Shown in pieces: positions 35,705-45,806 of a DNA stretch of 64,000 bases. Within the stretch, counting starts at the first letter, position 1. Each line of letters opens with the position of its first letter. The notes beneath the pieces are model-generated. The model made no database searches. It was not told where the DNA came from and saw only the letters and a list, made by a program, of their open reading frames with translations. The position numbers and the translations under genes are program-made. Source of the DNA: Candidatus Latescibacterota bacterium (lineage in GTDB: Bacteria > Latescibacterota > UBA2968 > UBA8231); assembly GCA_965248355.1 (NCBI GenBank), contig OZ252098.1, forward strand, positions 4,416,001 through 4,480,000, in the 5' to 3' direction.

Positions 35705-38079
35705 GGCTCAGCCGAGGCCTGACCGGGCTCCTTCTCCTGACGGCCGCCGCCCCCTGCGCCGGCCAGTTCACCTCTTGGGCCGCCCGCAGCGAGTTCGCCC
35801 CGGGGCCGCCGGGCGTGGCGCCAGCCGGGATGCTGGGTTACCTCAACCCCGCGGTGCTGGCCCGCCTCCAGGCGGCCGAGTCGACCGTGGCCTGGTCCGC
35901 CGGTGACGGGGAGGACCCGGCCAGCGAATGGGGCCTGTTCACCGCCCTGCCCCATCTCGGCTTCGGCGTGCTGCGCCGCGCCGATGGCGGGGAGGGGTTC
36001 CGGGACTACCGCCTCGGCTTCGGGGCCGGGGACCGGGGCGCCTCGGCCGGCCTCGCCTGGGGCTGGTCGAGCGAGGACGGTTCGGACCCCGTGTGGGTCG
36101 CCGGCGCCCTGTGGCAGCCGTCGACCCTGTGGTCCCTGGGTGCGGCGTGGACGGCCGTCCTCGACGGAGGCGCCCGCGAATTCGCCGGGAGCGTGGGCCT
36201 GCGCCCCCTCCGCTCCGACCGGCTGACCGTGTACGGCGAGGCCGTCCGCGCCAGCGCCGCCGCCGGCGGAGACAGCTGGAGCGCCGGGGCCCTGATGCGG
36301 CTGTGGGAAGGCCTGCAACTGGCCGGCCGGTACCGCGAGGACGGGGCGGTCACCGCCGGTCTGCGGGTCGAGTTCGGGGGGCTGGGTCTGTGGACGCAGT
36401 CCCGCCGGGACCGCGACGGGGACCGCACGCGCAACCTCCACATGGTCCGCCTCGGACCGAACCGGGGCACGGTGCTGGCGCCTTTGCACCGGCGCCGGCC
36501 GAGCATGGTGCGGCTCGACCTGCACGGCTCTCTGAAGCACCGCGTGGCCCCCTTTTTCGACGACGGGCGCTCCCATCTCGGCCTCCTGCTCGACCTGCGG
36601 CGGGTGGAGCGCGACCCCGGCCTGGCGGGCGTCTCCGTCAACCTGTCGGGCCTGCGGCTGGACCCGGCCATGGCGTGGGAGCTGCGCCGCCGCCTGGAGC
36701 GTATCCGCCAGGCGGGCAAGCGCGTCGTCGTGTACGTGGACCGCGCCGACCTGCGCGGCTATCGGCTTGCCTCGGCGGCGGACCGCATCGTCCTCGATCC
36801 GGTGGGCGGGCTCTCCCTGCGGGGGTTCGCGGCCGGCCAGCTCTACCTGCGCGACGCCCTCGACAAGCTCGGCATCGGCAGCCAGGTCTGGAACTATCAC
36901 GAGTACAAGACCGGCCCCGAGCCCTTGACCCGCAGCGACATGTCCGCGGCCGACCGGGAGCAGTTGCAGGCCCTCGTGGACGGCGCCTACGAGCGCGCCC
37001 GGGCCGACATCAGCCAGGCCCGCGGCCTGACCCCGGAGGCCTTCGATCAACTGGTGGACGAGGTCTCCCTGTTCACTCCTCGGCTCGCCCTGGAGCACGG
37101 ACTCGTCGACACGGTGGGACGGTGGGATGCCGGCGAGGGGAAGGCGCTGGAGGAGCTGCCGCCGCAACCGGCCGACGAGGAGTGGGGCGCGCCGCCCACC
37201 GTGGCCCTCGTCTACGCCCTGGGGGTCTGCGCCATGGATACCGGCATCGGCGCCCGCCGCCTGTCGCAGGAGCTGCGGGACCTGGCCGGGGAGCCGGGGG
37301 TGGACGCCGTGGTCCTGCGCGTCGACTCCCCGGGGGGAGACCCGCTGGCCTCGGACCTGGTGGCGGAGGCGATCCGCAAGGTGAGCGCCGAGAAGCCCCT
37401 GGTCGTCTCCCAGGGCCGTTGGGCCACCTCGGGCGGCTACTGGATATCGATGGACGCGGATGCCATCGCCGCCACCCCCGAGACCGTCACCGGCAACATC
37501 GGCGTCTGGGCCAGCTGGCTCTACAACCGCGGCTTCCGCGAACGGCTGGGCCTGACCATCGATCACGTGCAGGCCGGCGCCCACGCCGACCTCGGACTGG
37601 GGATGCCCCTGCCCCTGCTCGGGGCCCTGCCCGACCGCCCCCTCGACGAGAAGGAGGCGGCGCGCTTCGACCACGCCCTGGAGAGTCTCTACGACGGCTT
37701 CGTGCACCGCGTCGCCGAGGCCCGCCGCAGCACCCCGGAAGAGGTGGACGGCGTCGCCCGGGGCCGGGTGTGGTCCGGGCCCGATGCCCTGCGGGCCGGC
37801 CTGGTGGACACCCTGGGCGGCCTCGAGACGGCCCTGACCATGGCCAGCCGGCGGGCCGGCCTGTCCCCGGGCCGGCGGCTGCGCGTGGTCGAACGGCCGC
37901 CGCTGAGCCCCTTTTCCCTGCCGGCCCTGGCGGACCTGCTGAGAGGCGCCCGGGGCCCCGCCGCGGCCCCCTTCTGGGTCGAATGGCTGCGTCTGCGGCT
38001 GGACCACAACGGCCAGCCCCTGCTGATGCCGCCGGAACCCGTCCTCGACGAGCTGGGCCCGGCCCGGCCGTACCCGTAA
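35701..38079 (+). CDS. sppA: Signal peptide peptidase SppA (S49) with N-terminal beta-strand-rich extension
   Basis: GTG overlapping the upstream stop; signal peptide; tandem S49 domains with 'EYKTGPEP' (Lys), 'RVDSPGG', 'ATSGGYWI' (Ser), 'ARGRVWSG'. Confidence 0.85.
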   Translation: MRLSRGLTGLLLLTAAAPCAGQFTSWAARSEFAPGPPGVAPAGMLGYLNPAVLARLQAAESTVAWSAGDGEDPASEWGLFTALPHLGFGVLRRADGGEGFRDYRLGFGAGDRGASAGLAWGWSSEDGSDPVWVAGALWQPSTLWSLGAAWTAVLDGGAREFAGSVGLRPLRSDRLTVYGEAVRASAAAGGDSWSAGALMRLWEGLQLAGRYREDGAVTAGLRVEFGGLGLWTQSRRDRDGDRTRNLHMVRLGPNRGTVLAPLHRRRPSMVRLDLHGSLKHRVAPFFDDGRSHLGLLLDLRRVERDPGLAGVSVNLSGLRLDPAMAWELRRRLERIRQAGKRVVVYVDRADLRGYRLASAADRIVLDPVGGLSLRGFAAGQLYLRDALDKLGIGSQVWNYHEYKTGPEPLTRSDMSAADREQLQALVDGAYERARADISQARGLTPEAFDQLVDEVSLFTPRLALEHGLVDTVGRWDAGEGKALEELPPQPADEEWGAPPTVALVYALGVCAMDTGIGARRLSQELRDLAGEPGVDAVVLRVDSPGGDPLASDLVAEAIRKVSAEKPLVVSQGRWATSGGYWISMDADAIAATPETVTGNIGVWASWLYNRGFRERLGLTIDHVQAGAHADLGLGMPLPLLGALPDRPLDEKEAARFDHALESLYDGFVHRVAEARRSTPEEVDGVARGRVWSGPDALRAGLVDTLGGLETALTMASRRAGLSPGRRLRVVERPPLSPFSLPALADLLRGARGPAAAPFWVEWLRLRLDHNGQPLLMPPEPVLDELGPARPYP

Positions 38080-38090
38080 AGGAGAGATAC

Positions 38091-39215
38091 GTGGACTCGA
38101 CACAGGCCCGAGACCTGTACGCCGAACTGGGCGCCGTGCCCGTGATCAACGCCAAGGGCAACCTCACCATGCTCGGGGGCTCGTCGCCCTCGCCGGCGGT
38201 GGCGGCCGCCATGGAGCTGTCGAGCCGCTACTACGTCGACATGGACCAGCTGCTGGCCGGCAGCGGCCGGGTCGTGTCCGGCCTGCTCGGGTGCGAGGCG
38301 GCCCTGGTGACGCCCGGCTGCGCCGCCGCCCTGGTCCTGGGCACGGCCGCCTGCATCACCGGCGACGACCCGGAGCTCATGGCCCGGCTCCCGGACACCT
38401 CCGGCCTGAAGGGCGAGGTCGTCATCCAGGCGCCGCAGCGCTACAAGTACGACCGCGTCGTGCGCATGACCGGCGCCCGCCTCGTCGAGTCCGGCACGGC
38501 CGAATCCAGCACCCGCGAGGATTTCCAGTCCGCCCTGGGCGGCGACACCGCCGCCGTCCTGTACCCCTGCGTGTCCGCGCCGGCGGGATTCCTGTCCCTG
38601 GAGGAGGTCCTGGAGATCGCCGGCCAGGCCGGCGTGCCCGTCATCGCCGACGCCGCCTGGCGCGTCCAGCTGAGCGAGTTCCGCTCCTTCGCCACCTGCG
38701 GCGCCGACCTGGTCGGCTTCGGCGCCAAGTACTTCGGCGCGCCCAACTCCTCGGGACTGCTGTGCGGCCGGCGAGACCTGGTGGAGGCCGCCCGGGCCCA
38801 CGCCTTCGCCGCCTTCGAGCGCCGCGGCTTCTCCGGGTACGGCCGGCCCCTGAAGATCGACCGCCAGGAGGTGGTGGGCGTGGTCGCCGCCCTGCGGGAA
38901 TGGCTGCGGGAGGAGACCCAGGCGGCGCGGGACGAGGCGGCCAGCCGCCGGGGCCGGGCCCTGCGCGATCAGCTGGCCGGACTGCCGGGCGTGAGCCTGG
39001 TGCCGGCCGCCGGCGCCGGCGTGACCAGCCTGGGTCTCATCCTGGGCGGGGAGGCTCCCGTCGATGGCGCCGGCCTGGCGGCCCTTCTGGAGCAGAGCAA
39101 CCCCTCCATCTGGGCCCACGGCGAGGGCGCCTCGGTGGGGTTCTCCATGTACACGGTCCAGGACGGCGACGAGGCCGAGATCGCCCGCCGGGTGCGGGAG
39201 GTTCTCGCTTGCTGA
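38091..39215 (+). CDS. SelA-like PLP-dependent enzyme (DgaE-like group)
   Basis: AAGGAG RBS followed by GTG; 'VINAKGNLTMLGGS', 'DAA', 'FGAKYFGAP..SG', 'GRPLKIDRQE'. Confidence 0.8.
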   Translation: MDSTQARDLYAELGAVPVINAKGNLTMLGGSSPSPAVAAAMELSSRYYVDMDQLLAGSGRVVSGLLGCEAALVTPGCAAALVLGTAACITGDDPELMARLPDTSGLKGEVVIQAPQRYKYDRVVRMTGARLVESGTAESSTREDFQSALGGDTAAVLYPCVSAPAGFLSLEEVLEIAGQAGVPVIADAAWRVQLSEFRSFATCGADLVGFGAKYFGAPNSSGLLCGRRDLVEAARAHAFAAFERRGFSGYGRPLKIDRQEVVGVVAALREWLREETQAARDEAASRRGRALRDQLAGLPGVSLVPAAGAGVTSLGLILGGEAPVDGAGLAALLEQSNPSIWAHGEGASVGFSMYTVQDGDEAEIARRVREVLAC

Positions 39216-40447
39216 CCCGGCGGCCGAGGCCGTGCACCTCGAGGGGATCGCCAGCGGCGCTGGCCGTCCTTGCGAGCGGCTCCGTCCTGTGCTCGGCCGG
39301 CTGTGCGGCCCCCCCGGAACCTCCGCCGCCGGCCGACGGCGCGCGCTACATGGCATCCCATCGCTACCCGGAGGCGGCGGCCGTGTACCGGGAAGCCCTG
39401 GGCCGGAGGCCGCGCTCGGCGCAGCTGCACATACAGCTGGCCCGGGCCCTGGCGGCCGACGAGGACCCGAGAGGAGCCGTGGAGGCGTACGAACGGGGCA
39501 TCGCCCTGGCGCCGAGGGACGCAGGAGCCCGCGCCGAGCTGGCCGTGCTGCTCACCCGTCTCGATCGCTTCGACGACGCCCGGGCCGAGCTGGAAACGGC
39601 CGTCGCGGCCGATCCCGGGTATGCGTGGGGACACGACCTCCTCGGCCGCCTGCACCAGAGGGAGGGGCGCTACGAACTGGCCGCCGCGGCCTTTCGGAGA
39701 GCCGTGGCCGCCGATCCGGGCTACGGGGACGGTTGGTACGGCCTCGGCCGGACGCACCTGAAGCGTACCGCCCTGGACAGCGCCGAGGCCGCTTTCCGCC
39801 GGTCCGTGGCCGCCGACTCGACCGACGCCAGGTTCCGCGACGCTCTCGGCTTTGTCCACTACAAGCGCGGTGAGTACGCCCGGGCGGTCGAACCCCTGGA
39901 GGCGGCGGTGCGGCTGGAGCCCCTCTACGCACAGGCTCGCTTCCACCTGGGCAATACCTACCTGCGCCTCGGGCGCCGGGAGGAGGGCCGCGCGGAGCTG
40001 GAGAGCTTCCGCCGCCTGGAGGAACAGGAGCGGCAGATCCAGTCCCTGGAGACAACCCTGCTGCAGGCGCCCCACCGGGCGGGCATCTATCACGATCTGG
40101 CCGTTCTCCACGGCCGGCGGGGCGAGCTCGACAGGGCGCGCCGCCGCTACATCCAGGCCGTGACGCGGGACTCCAACTTCGCGCCGTCGTACCACAACCT
40201 GGGCAACATGCAGTTGCGCGCCGGAGACCTGAGGGAGGCCATGGGGCTCTACCGCCGGGCCCTGCGGGCCGACTCCACCTACGTGCTGGCCTATCGGTCT
40301 CTGGGCAACGGTTACGTGCGCCAGCGGCAACTGGCGGCGGCGCTGCGGACCTACAGCCGAGGTCTCCGCCACGACCCGAATGACGCCGAGCTGCGGAAGC
40401 GGGCGCGGATCGTGGAGGAGATGCTCCAGCAGGCCGGGGGCCGGTGA
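39209..40447 (+). CDS. Tetratricopeptide repeat protein, possible lipoprotein
   Basis: Roughly ten TPR-like repeats ('A..AY.R...L.P', 'LG..Y'); 'SAGC' lipobox-like motif. Start (TTG 39209) uncertain. Confidence 0.8.
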   Translation: MLTRRPRPCTSRGSPAALAVLASGSVLCSAGCAAPPEPPPPADGARYMASHRYPEAAAVYREALGRRPRSAQLHIQLARALAADEDPRGAVEAYERGIALAPRDAGARAELAVLLTRLDRFDDARAELETAVAADPGYAWGHDLLGRLHQREGRYELAAAAFRRAVAADPGYGDGWYGLGRTHLKRTALDSAEAAFRRSVAADSTDARFRDALGFVHYKRGEYARAVEPLEAAVRLEPLYAQARFHLGNTYLRLGRREEGRAELESFRRLEEQERQIQSLETTLLQAPHRAGIYHDLAVLHGRRGELDRARRRYIQAVTRDSNFAPSYHNLGNMQLRAGDLREAMGLYRRALRADSTYVLAYRSLGNGYVRQRQLAAALRTYSRGLRHDPNDAELRKRARIVEEMLQQAGGR

Positions 40448-42099
40448 GGCGCGCGGTCCGGGCAGGTCTCGGGGCGCTTCTGGCGCTGGCGGCGCCGGGC
40501 GCCTCCGAGGGGGACGCCGGCGTGCGCTTCGTGGATGTCACCCAGGCCGCGGGCATCGACTTCCGCTATGTCAACGGCGCCGGCGGCCACAAGTACATGC
40601 CCGAAGCCGTGGGCTCCGGCGCCGCCTTCTTCGACGCCGACGGCGACGGACGACTGGACCTGTACATCGTCAACGGGGCTCCGCTGCCAGGATACACGGG
40701 CGACGAGGACGCCCACAACGCCCTGTTCCGCAACGCCGGTGACGGCACCTTCCAGGAGGTCACGGCCGCCAGCGGCACCGGCGACCGGGGCTTCGGCATG
40801 GCCGCCGCCGTGGGCGACTACGACAACGACGGCGACGCCGACTTGTACGTGGGCAACTTCGGTCCCAACGTGCTGTTCCGGAACCAGGGCGCCGGACGGT
40901 TCCGGGACGTCACCGCCGCGGCGGCCGTGGGCGACTCCGGCTGGGGGGCTCACGCCGCCTTCGCCGACTACGACCGCGACGGCGATCTCGATCTCTACGT
41001 GGCCAACTACATGGACTTCGACGTGGCGGCCAACCTGGAGTGCTTCGGCGGCCAGGTCCGCGCCTACTGCGGCCCCACCACCTACCCGGGGCAGTCCGGC
41101 GTCCTCTACCGCAACGACGGCGACGCTCCCTTCACCGACGTCACCGAGGAGGCGGGCCTGCGCAACGAGACGGGCCGGCAGCTGGCCGCCGTCTTCGGCG
41201 ATGTCGACGACGACGGCGATGTCGACCTCTTCGTGGCCAACGACAAGACGCCGAACTTCCTCTTCCTCAACCAGGACGACGGCACCTTTCTCGAAGCCGC
41301 GGCCGTTGCCGGCGTCGCCTACAACGAGGAGGGTCTGGCCGAGTCGGCCATGGGCGCCGACTTGGGCGACTACGACAACGACGGCCGTCTGGACATCGCC
41401 CTGGCCACCTTCCAGTGGCTCCCGAACACCCTGTATCACAACGACGGCGGCGGCTTCTTCTCCGATGTCACCTTCGCCGCCGGCCTCGGGGCGGAGAGCG
41501 TCCCGTACCTGGGCATGACGGCCGCCTTCTTCGACTACGACAACGACGGCTGGCTCGACCTGTTCGTCAGCAACGGCCACCTGGACGAGAACGTGCGGGA
41601 GTTCGATCCTTCCACGTCCTATGCGCAAGTCAACCAGCTCTTCCGCAACGGCGGCGACGGCAGCTTCACGGAGGTCACCCGCAGCAGCGGACCCGGCCTG
41701 CTAGTGGAGCGCGTCAGCCACGGCGCCGCCTTCGGCGACTACGACGAGGACGGGGACGTGGACCTCTTCGTCTCCGACTCGGCCTCGCCCCGGTGCACCC
41801 TGCTGCGCAACGACGACGGCAACCACAACCGCTTCCTGGTGGTCCACGCCGTCGGCACCCGCAGCAACCGCGACGCCATCGGCGCCCGCCTGCGGGCCGT
41901 GGCCGGAGACCTGGTCCTGACCCGCGAGGTGCGGCGCAGCCATGGCTACATGGGCTCCAGCGACGTGCGCGTGCACTTCGGACTCGGCCGCCGCACGCGG
42001 GTCGACTCGCTGAGCGTGCGCTGGCCCACCGGGGTCGTCCAGCGCCTGCGGGACCTGGCGGCGGACCAGTTCCTCCGGGTGGAGGAGCCGGCGCCGTGA
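40444..42099 (+). CDS. CRTAC1-family protein (FG-GAP repeats + ASPIC/UnbV)
   Basis: Signal peptide; repeated 'GDYDNDG..DL'; 'VHFGLG...VRWP'. Confidence 0.88.
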   Translation: MRRAVRAGLGALLALAAPGASEGDAGVRFVDVTQAAGIDFRYVNGAGGHKYMPEAVGSGAAFFDADGDGRLDLYIVNGAPLPGYTGDEDAHNALFRNAGDGTFQEVTAASGTGDRGFGMAAAVGDYDNDGDADLYVGNFGPNVLFRNQGAGRFRDVTAAAAVGDSGWGAHAAFADYDRDGDLDLYVANYMDFDVAANLECFGGQVRAYCGPTTYPGQSGVLYRNDGDAPFTDVTEEAGLRNETGRQLAAVFGDVDDDGDVDLFVANDKTPNFLFLNQDDGTFLEAAAVAGVAYNEEGLAESAMGADLGDYDNDGRLDIALATFQWLPNTLYHNDGGGFFSDVTFAAGLGAESVPYLGMTAAFFDYDNDGWLDLFVSNGHLDENVREFDPSTSYAQVNQLFRNGGDGSFTEVTRSSGPGLLVERVSHGAAFGDYDEDGDVDLFVSDSASPRCTLLRNDDGNHNRFLVVHAVGTRSNRDAIGARLRAVAGDLVLTREVRRSHGYMGSSDVRVHFGLGRRTRVDSLSVRWPTGVVQRLRDLAADQFLRVEEPAP

Positions 42100-44288
42100 G
42101 CCTTCGCAGTCTGGCCGCCGCCGCGGTCTCGGGAGCGCTCGCCGCGGCGGCCTGGGGAGAGCCGCCGGCGGTCGGTCCGGGCAGCGCCAAGATGGCCGGG
42201 TACCTGGCCCGGACAGCGCGCACCGCGGATCCCGTGACCAACATCTACCTGAACCGCGCCCGGGCCGAGGGCATCCGCTCCTTGCTGGGCGGACCGATGT
42301 CCGCTGCCAAGGAGTTGCAGCTGCGGGTGACCGTCGCCCGCGAGTTGCTGCGGGGCGGCCTGTTCCGCGAGGCCGGGGACGAGCTCGAGCTGATCACCAC
42401 CGAGATCGACCGCCGGCAGCTGCCGGCGGAGGAGAGCTTCCTGCGCATGCTGCGCGACCTGCGCGCCATCGCCGCGCTGCGCGTGGGCGAGCAGGCGAGC
42501 GGACGGCGCCCGGCCCACGGCTGGGTCTTCCCCATGGCCCGCAGCGGCGGCGCCCCCTTCGACGCGGGGGCCCGCGAGGCCATCACCCTCTATTCGGAGA
42601 ACCTGCGGAGACGGCCCGAGGACCTGGCCACTCGATGGCTCCTCAACATCGCCTTCATGGCGGTGGGAGAGTACCCCGAAGGCGTGCCGGCCGAGTGGCG
42701 CCTGCTCCCCGAGGCCTTCGCCCCGGAATACCCCGTGGGCCGCTTCGTTGACGTGGCCGCCGCGGCCGGGGTCGACGTCCTCGGCCACGCCGGCGGCAGC
42801 GTCATGGAGGACCTGGACGGGGACGGGCTCCTCGACCTCGTCGCCTCCTCCCGCGGCCTGCAGGACCAGCTTCGCTACTTCCGCAGCCGCGGCGACGGCA
42901 CTTTCGAGGACCGCACCCGCGAGGCCGGCCTCACCGGCCAGCTCGGGGGTCTCAACCTCTCCCACGCCGACTACGACAACGACGGAGACCGCGACCTGAC
43001 CGTGTGGCGGGGGGCCTGGATGGGCGAGGCCGGGCGCCACCCGAACTCCCTGCTGCGCAACGACGGGGGCCGCTTCGAGGACGTCACCAAAGGCGCCGGG
43101 CTGCTCTCCTTCCACCCCACCCACTCCGGGGCCTGGGGGGATCTCGACAACGACGGCTGGCTGGATCTGTACGTGGGCAACGAGAGCAGCCCCGCGCCCA
43201 GGCCGGAGCACCCCAACGAGCTGTTCCGCAACGACGGCGACGGCACTTTCACCGAGGTCGCCAGGTCCGCGGGCGTCGCCGGCGTCGGCTTCGTCAAGGG
43301 CGTGACCCTCGGCGACTACGACAACGACGGCCTCCTCGATCTCTACCTGTCCCACCTCAAGGGGGAGAACGCGCTGTTCCACAACCTCGGCAGCGCCGGC
43401 GGCGTGCCGCGTTTCGCCGACAGCACCGCCGCCGCCGGCGTCGGGGCTCCCCACGTGAGTTTCCCCACCTGGTTCTGGGACTACGACAACAACGGCTGGC
43501 AGGACCTGTTCGTGGCCGGCTTCGACATGGAGGATCTCGGCGACATGGCCGCCGTTCACGTCGGCCTGCCCTTCGGGGCCGAGCACGCCCACCTCTACCG
43601 CAACGAGGGCGACGGCACCTTCTCGGAGGTCTCGGCCGAGACCGGCCTCGATCGCGTCATCCTCGTCATGGGCGCCAACTTCGGGGACCTGGACAGCGAC
43701 GGCTGGCTCGACGCCTGCTTCGGCACCGGCATGCCCGACATGCGGACCCTGATGCCCAACCGCATGTACCGCAACGACGGCGGCCGGCGCTTCCAGGACG
43801 TGACCGCCTCGGGCGGTTTCGGCCACCTGCAGAAGGGGCACGGCGTCTCCTTCGGCGACGTCGACGGGGACGGCGACCAGGACGTGCACCAGGTTCTCGG
43901 CGCCGCCTTCGAAGGGGACGTCTACGAGAACGTCCTTCTCGAGAACCCCGGACACGGGAACCACTGGCTGACGCTGCACCTGGAGGGGGTGCGCTCGAAC
44001 CGCGACGCCCTCGGCGCCCGCATCCGGGTGCGCGTGCGGCGGCCGGACGGCGCCGAGCGGGACATCTTCGCCACCGTGGGCACGGGCGGCAGCTTCGGTT
44101 CGTCCCCCTTCCGCCAGGAGATCGGCCTTGGGGACGCGGCGGCCGTGGTCCTCGTGGAGGTGACCTGGCCGGCCACGGGACAGGTGCAGCGCTTCGAGGG
44201 CCTGTCCCGTGACCGCGCCTACCGGCTCCGCGAGTCGGAACCGGCGGCGCAGCCGGTGGCGCTGCGGCGGTTCGACCTCTCTCCTTGA
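42096..44288 (+). CDS. CRTAC1-family protein with N-terminal helical extension
   Basis: GTGA overlap; 'RWLLNIAFMAVGEYP.GVP', FG-GAP repeats, 'GHLQKGHGVSFGD', 'GGSFGSSPFRQEIGLG'. Confidence 0.85.
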   Translation: MSLRSLAAAAVSGALAAAAWGEPPAVGPGSAKMAGYLARTARTADPVTNIYLNRARAEGIRSLLGGPMSAAKELQLRVTVARELLRGGLFREAGDELELITTEIDRRQLPAEESFLRMLRDLRAIAALRVGEQASGRRPAHGWVFPMARSGGAPFDAGAREAITLYSENLRRRPEDLATRWLLNIAFMAVGEYPEGVPAEWRLLPEAFAPEYPVGRFVDVAAAAGVDVLGHAGGSVMEDLDGDGLLDLVASSRGLQDQLRYFRSRGDGTFEDRTREAGLTGQLGGLNLSHADYDNDGDRDLTVWRGAWMGEAGRHPNSLLRNDGGRFEDVTKGAGLLSFHPTHSGAWGDLDNDGWLDLYVGNESSPAPRPEHPNELFRNDGDGTFTEVARSAGVAGVGFVKGVTLGDYDNDGLLDLYLSHLKGENALFHNLGSAGGVPRFADSTAAAGVGAPHVSFPTWFWDYDNNGWQDLFVAGFDMEDLGDMAAVHVGLPFGAEHAHLYRNEGDGTFSEVSAETGLDRVILVMGANFGDLDSDGWLDACFGTGMPDMRTLMPNRMYRNDGGRRFQDVTASGGFGHLQKGHGVSFGDVDGDGDQDVHQVLGAAFEGDVYENVLLENPGHGNHWLTLHLEGVRSNRDALGARIRVRVRRPDGAERDIFATVGTGGSFGSSPFRQEIGLGDAAAVVLVEVTWPATGQVQRFEGLSRDRAYRLRESEPAAQPVALRRFDLSP

Positions 44289-44350
44289 GATCCTCGGAAG
44301 CCGGGAACTCGCGCGGCCCCTGGAAACCGGACAGTCGAAGGAAAGATGCG

Positions 44351-45748
44351 ATGACCCGCAGGAAGAGAGGGATCCTCCGGAATCTCGGGGCCTTCGTCCC
44401 CCTGACCGCCGGCCTGCTCTGGGCGGCGCCGGACGTCGTCGCCCGCATCGGCGAGCTGACCATCTTCGTCGAGGACTACGAGCGCCGCGCCCGCGAGCTG
44501 CGCAGGACCGGGTACGGTCACGTGGAGGAGTGGGACCAGGCGAGCAAGGAGGAGGTCCTCGAGGGCATCATCGCCCGGGAGCTGCTCATCCTGGAGGGCC
44601 TGCGCCGCGGGCTCCACCGGGACTCCACGATCGCCGCCGCGGTCTCGCGGGAAGAGCAGAAGGCCCTGATGAACCGGCTCTACGACGCCGAGGCCCTGCG
44701 CGGCACCTACACCTCCAACGACGAGGAACTGCGGGCCTTCTTCGCCGAGCGGCGGTACGACACCGAGGTCCACAGCCGTCACATCGTCTGCCGGACCGAG
44801 GACCAGGCGCGTCAGGTCCTGGCCGCCCTCGACGACGGGATCCCTTTCGAGGCCCTCGTGCCGCGGTACTCCCTGCGCAGCATCCAGGACCGCTTCGGGC
44901 CGGGGGGCTGGGTCGGCTGGTTCAAGGTCGGCGAGCTGCTCGACGAGCTGCGCGAGCCCCTCTCCACCATGGCCGAAGGCCGGTTCCATCCGGAGCCGGT
45001 GAAGACGTCACTGGGGTACCACGTCTTCGGCCTCCGGGAGCGCCGCGCCGTCGACTTCGAGGGGGCGCGCGAGTTCGTGGCCGAGCAGCTCACGGTCCAG
45101 AAGCGCGCCGACGACATGGAGCGCTACGTGGTCGAGTTGCGGCGGCGGTACCGGCTGGAAGCGAACCTCCAGGCCTTCCCCGCCCTGCACTCCGTGCCGG
45201 AGGGGGAGACTCTGTTCCCGGGCCCCGACCAGGTGCTGTTCCGCTGGAAGGGCGGAGAGCTGACGATCCAGGACTACATGGCCAGCCTGCGGGCCGGGAG
45301 AGCCAAGCACCCGGCCCGCCTCGACAGCGCGGGACTCTACAAGTCCGCCGACAACGCGGCGGGCCGGCGGATCATGTGGACCGAGGCGCGCCGGCTGGGA
45401 CTCGACCAGGACGAGGAGGTGCGCCGCAGGGTGGAGTCCCGGCGGGCGGAGTTGATGGCCAAGGCCCTCTTCCGGACGGTGACGGCCCGGGTCGCCCCCG
45501 CCGGGGAGGAGGAGGCGCGGGCCTTCTACGACCGGAACCTCGACCTCTTCAGGAAGAAGGACGGCCAGGTCACGGAGTTCGAGCGCCTCCGCGACAGCAT
45601 CCGCACGCTGCTGCGCAACCAGGCCGAGAACGAAGCCATGGACGCCTTCCTCGCGCAGTTGCGCAGGCGCTACGAAGACCGTATCGAGACCTACCCGGAG
45701 GCGCTGCGCCTGGCTTTCCCGGAGGAGGGGGTCGGGGATCGCCGCTGA
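44351..45748 (+). CDS. Exported parvulin-type peptidylprolyl isomerase / SurA-PrsA-like chaperone
   Basis: 'RHIV..TE..A', 'FEAL..RYS', 'GGWVGW', 'PVKTSLGYHVF'; two SurA-N-like segments. Confidence 0.8.
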   Translation: MTRRKRGILRNLGAFVPLTAGLLWAAPDVVARIGELTIFVEDYERRARELRRTGYGHVEEWDQASKEEVLEGIIARELLILEGLRRGLHRDSTIAAAVSREEQKALMNRLYDAEALRGTYTSNDEELRAFFAERRYDTEVHSRHIVCRTEDQARQVLAALDDGIPFEALVPRYSLRSIQDRFGPGGWVGWFKVGELLDELREPLSTMAEGRFHPEPVKTSLGYHVFGLRERRAVDFEGAREFVAEQLTVQKRADDMERYVVELRRRYRLEANLQAFPALHSVPEGETLFPGPDQVLFRWKGGELTIQDYMASLRAGRAKHPARLDSAGLYKSADNAAGRRIMWTEARRLGLDQDEEVRRRVESRRAELMAKALFRTVTARVAPAGEEEARAFYDRNLDLFRKKDGQVTEFERLRDSIRTLLRNQAENEAMDAFLAQLRRRYEDRIETYPEALRLAFPEEGVGDRR

Positions 45749-45773
45749 GCCGGGGTGGGCAGGCAGGAGGCCG

Positions 45774-45799
45774 GGGTCCGGACGCGGCGACCCGGACCC
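45774..45799. terminator. Hairpin between convergent genes
   Basis: GGGTCCGG-N10-CCGGACCC inverted repeat; no U tract. Confidence 0.3.
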
Positions 45800-45806
45800 G
45801 GGAGCG

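Noticed and set aside
38091..39215. Selenocysteine synthase selA
   Set aside because: Shorter than true bacterial SelA, motifs fit the DgaE-like group, and there is no Sec machinery in the window.
40600..43900. Recurrent GACTACGACAACGACGG-like DNA repeats
   Set aside because: They encode FG-GAP 'DYDNDG' protein motifs; not a DNA repeat array.
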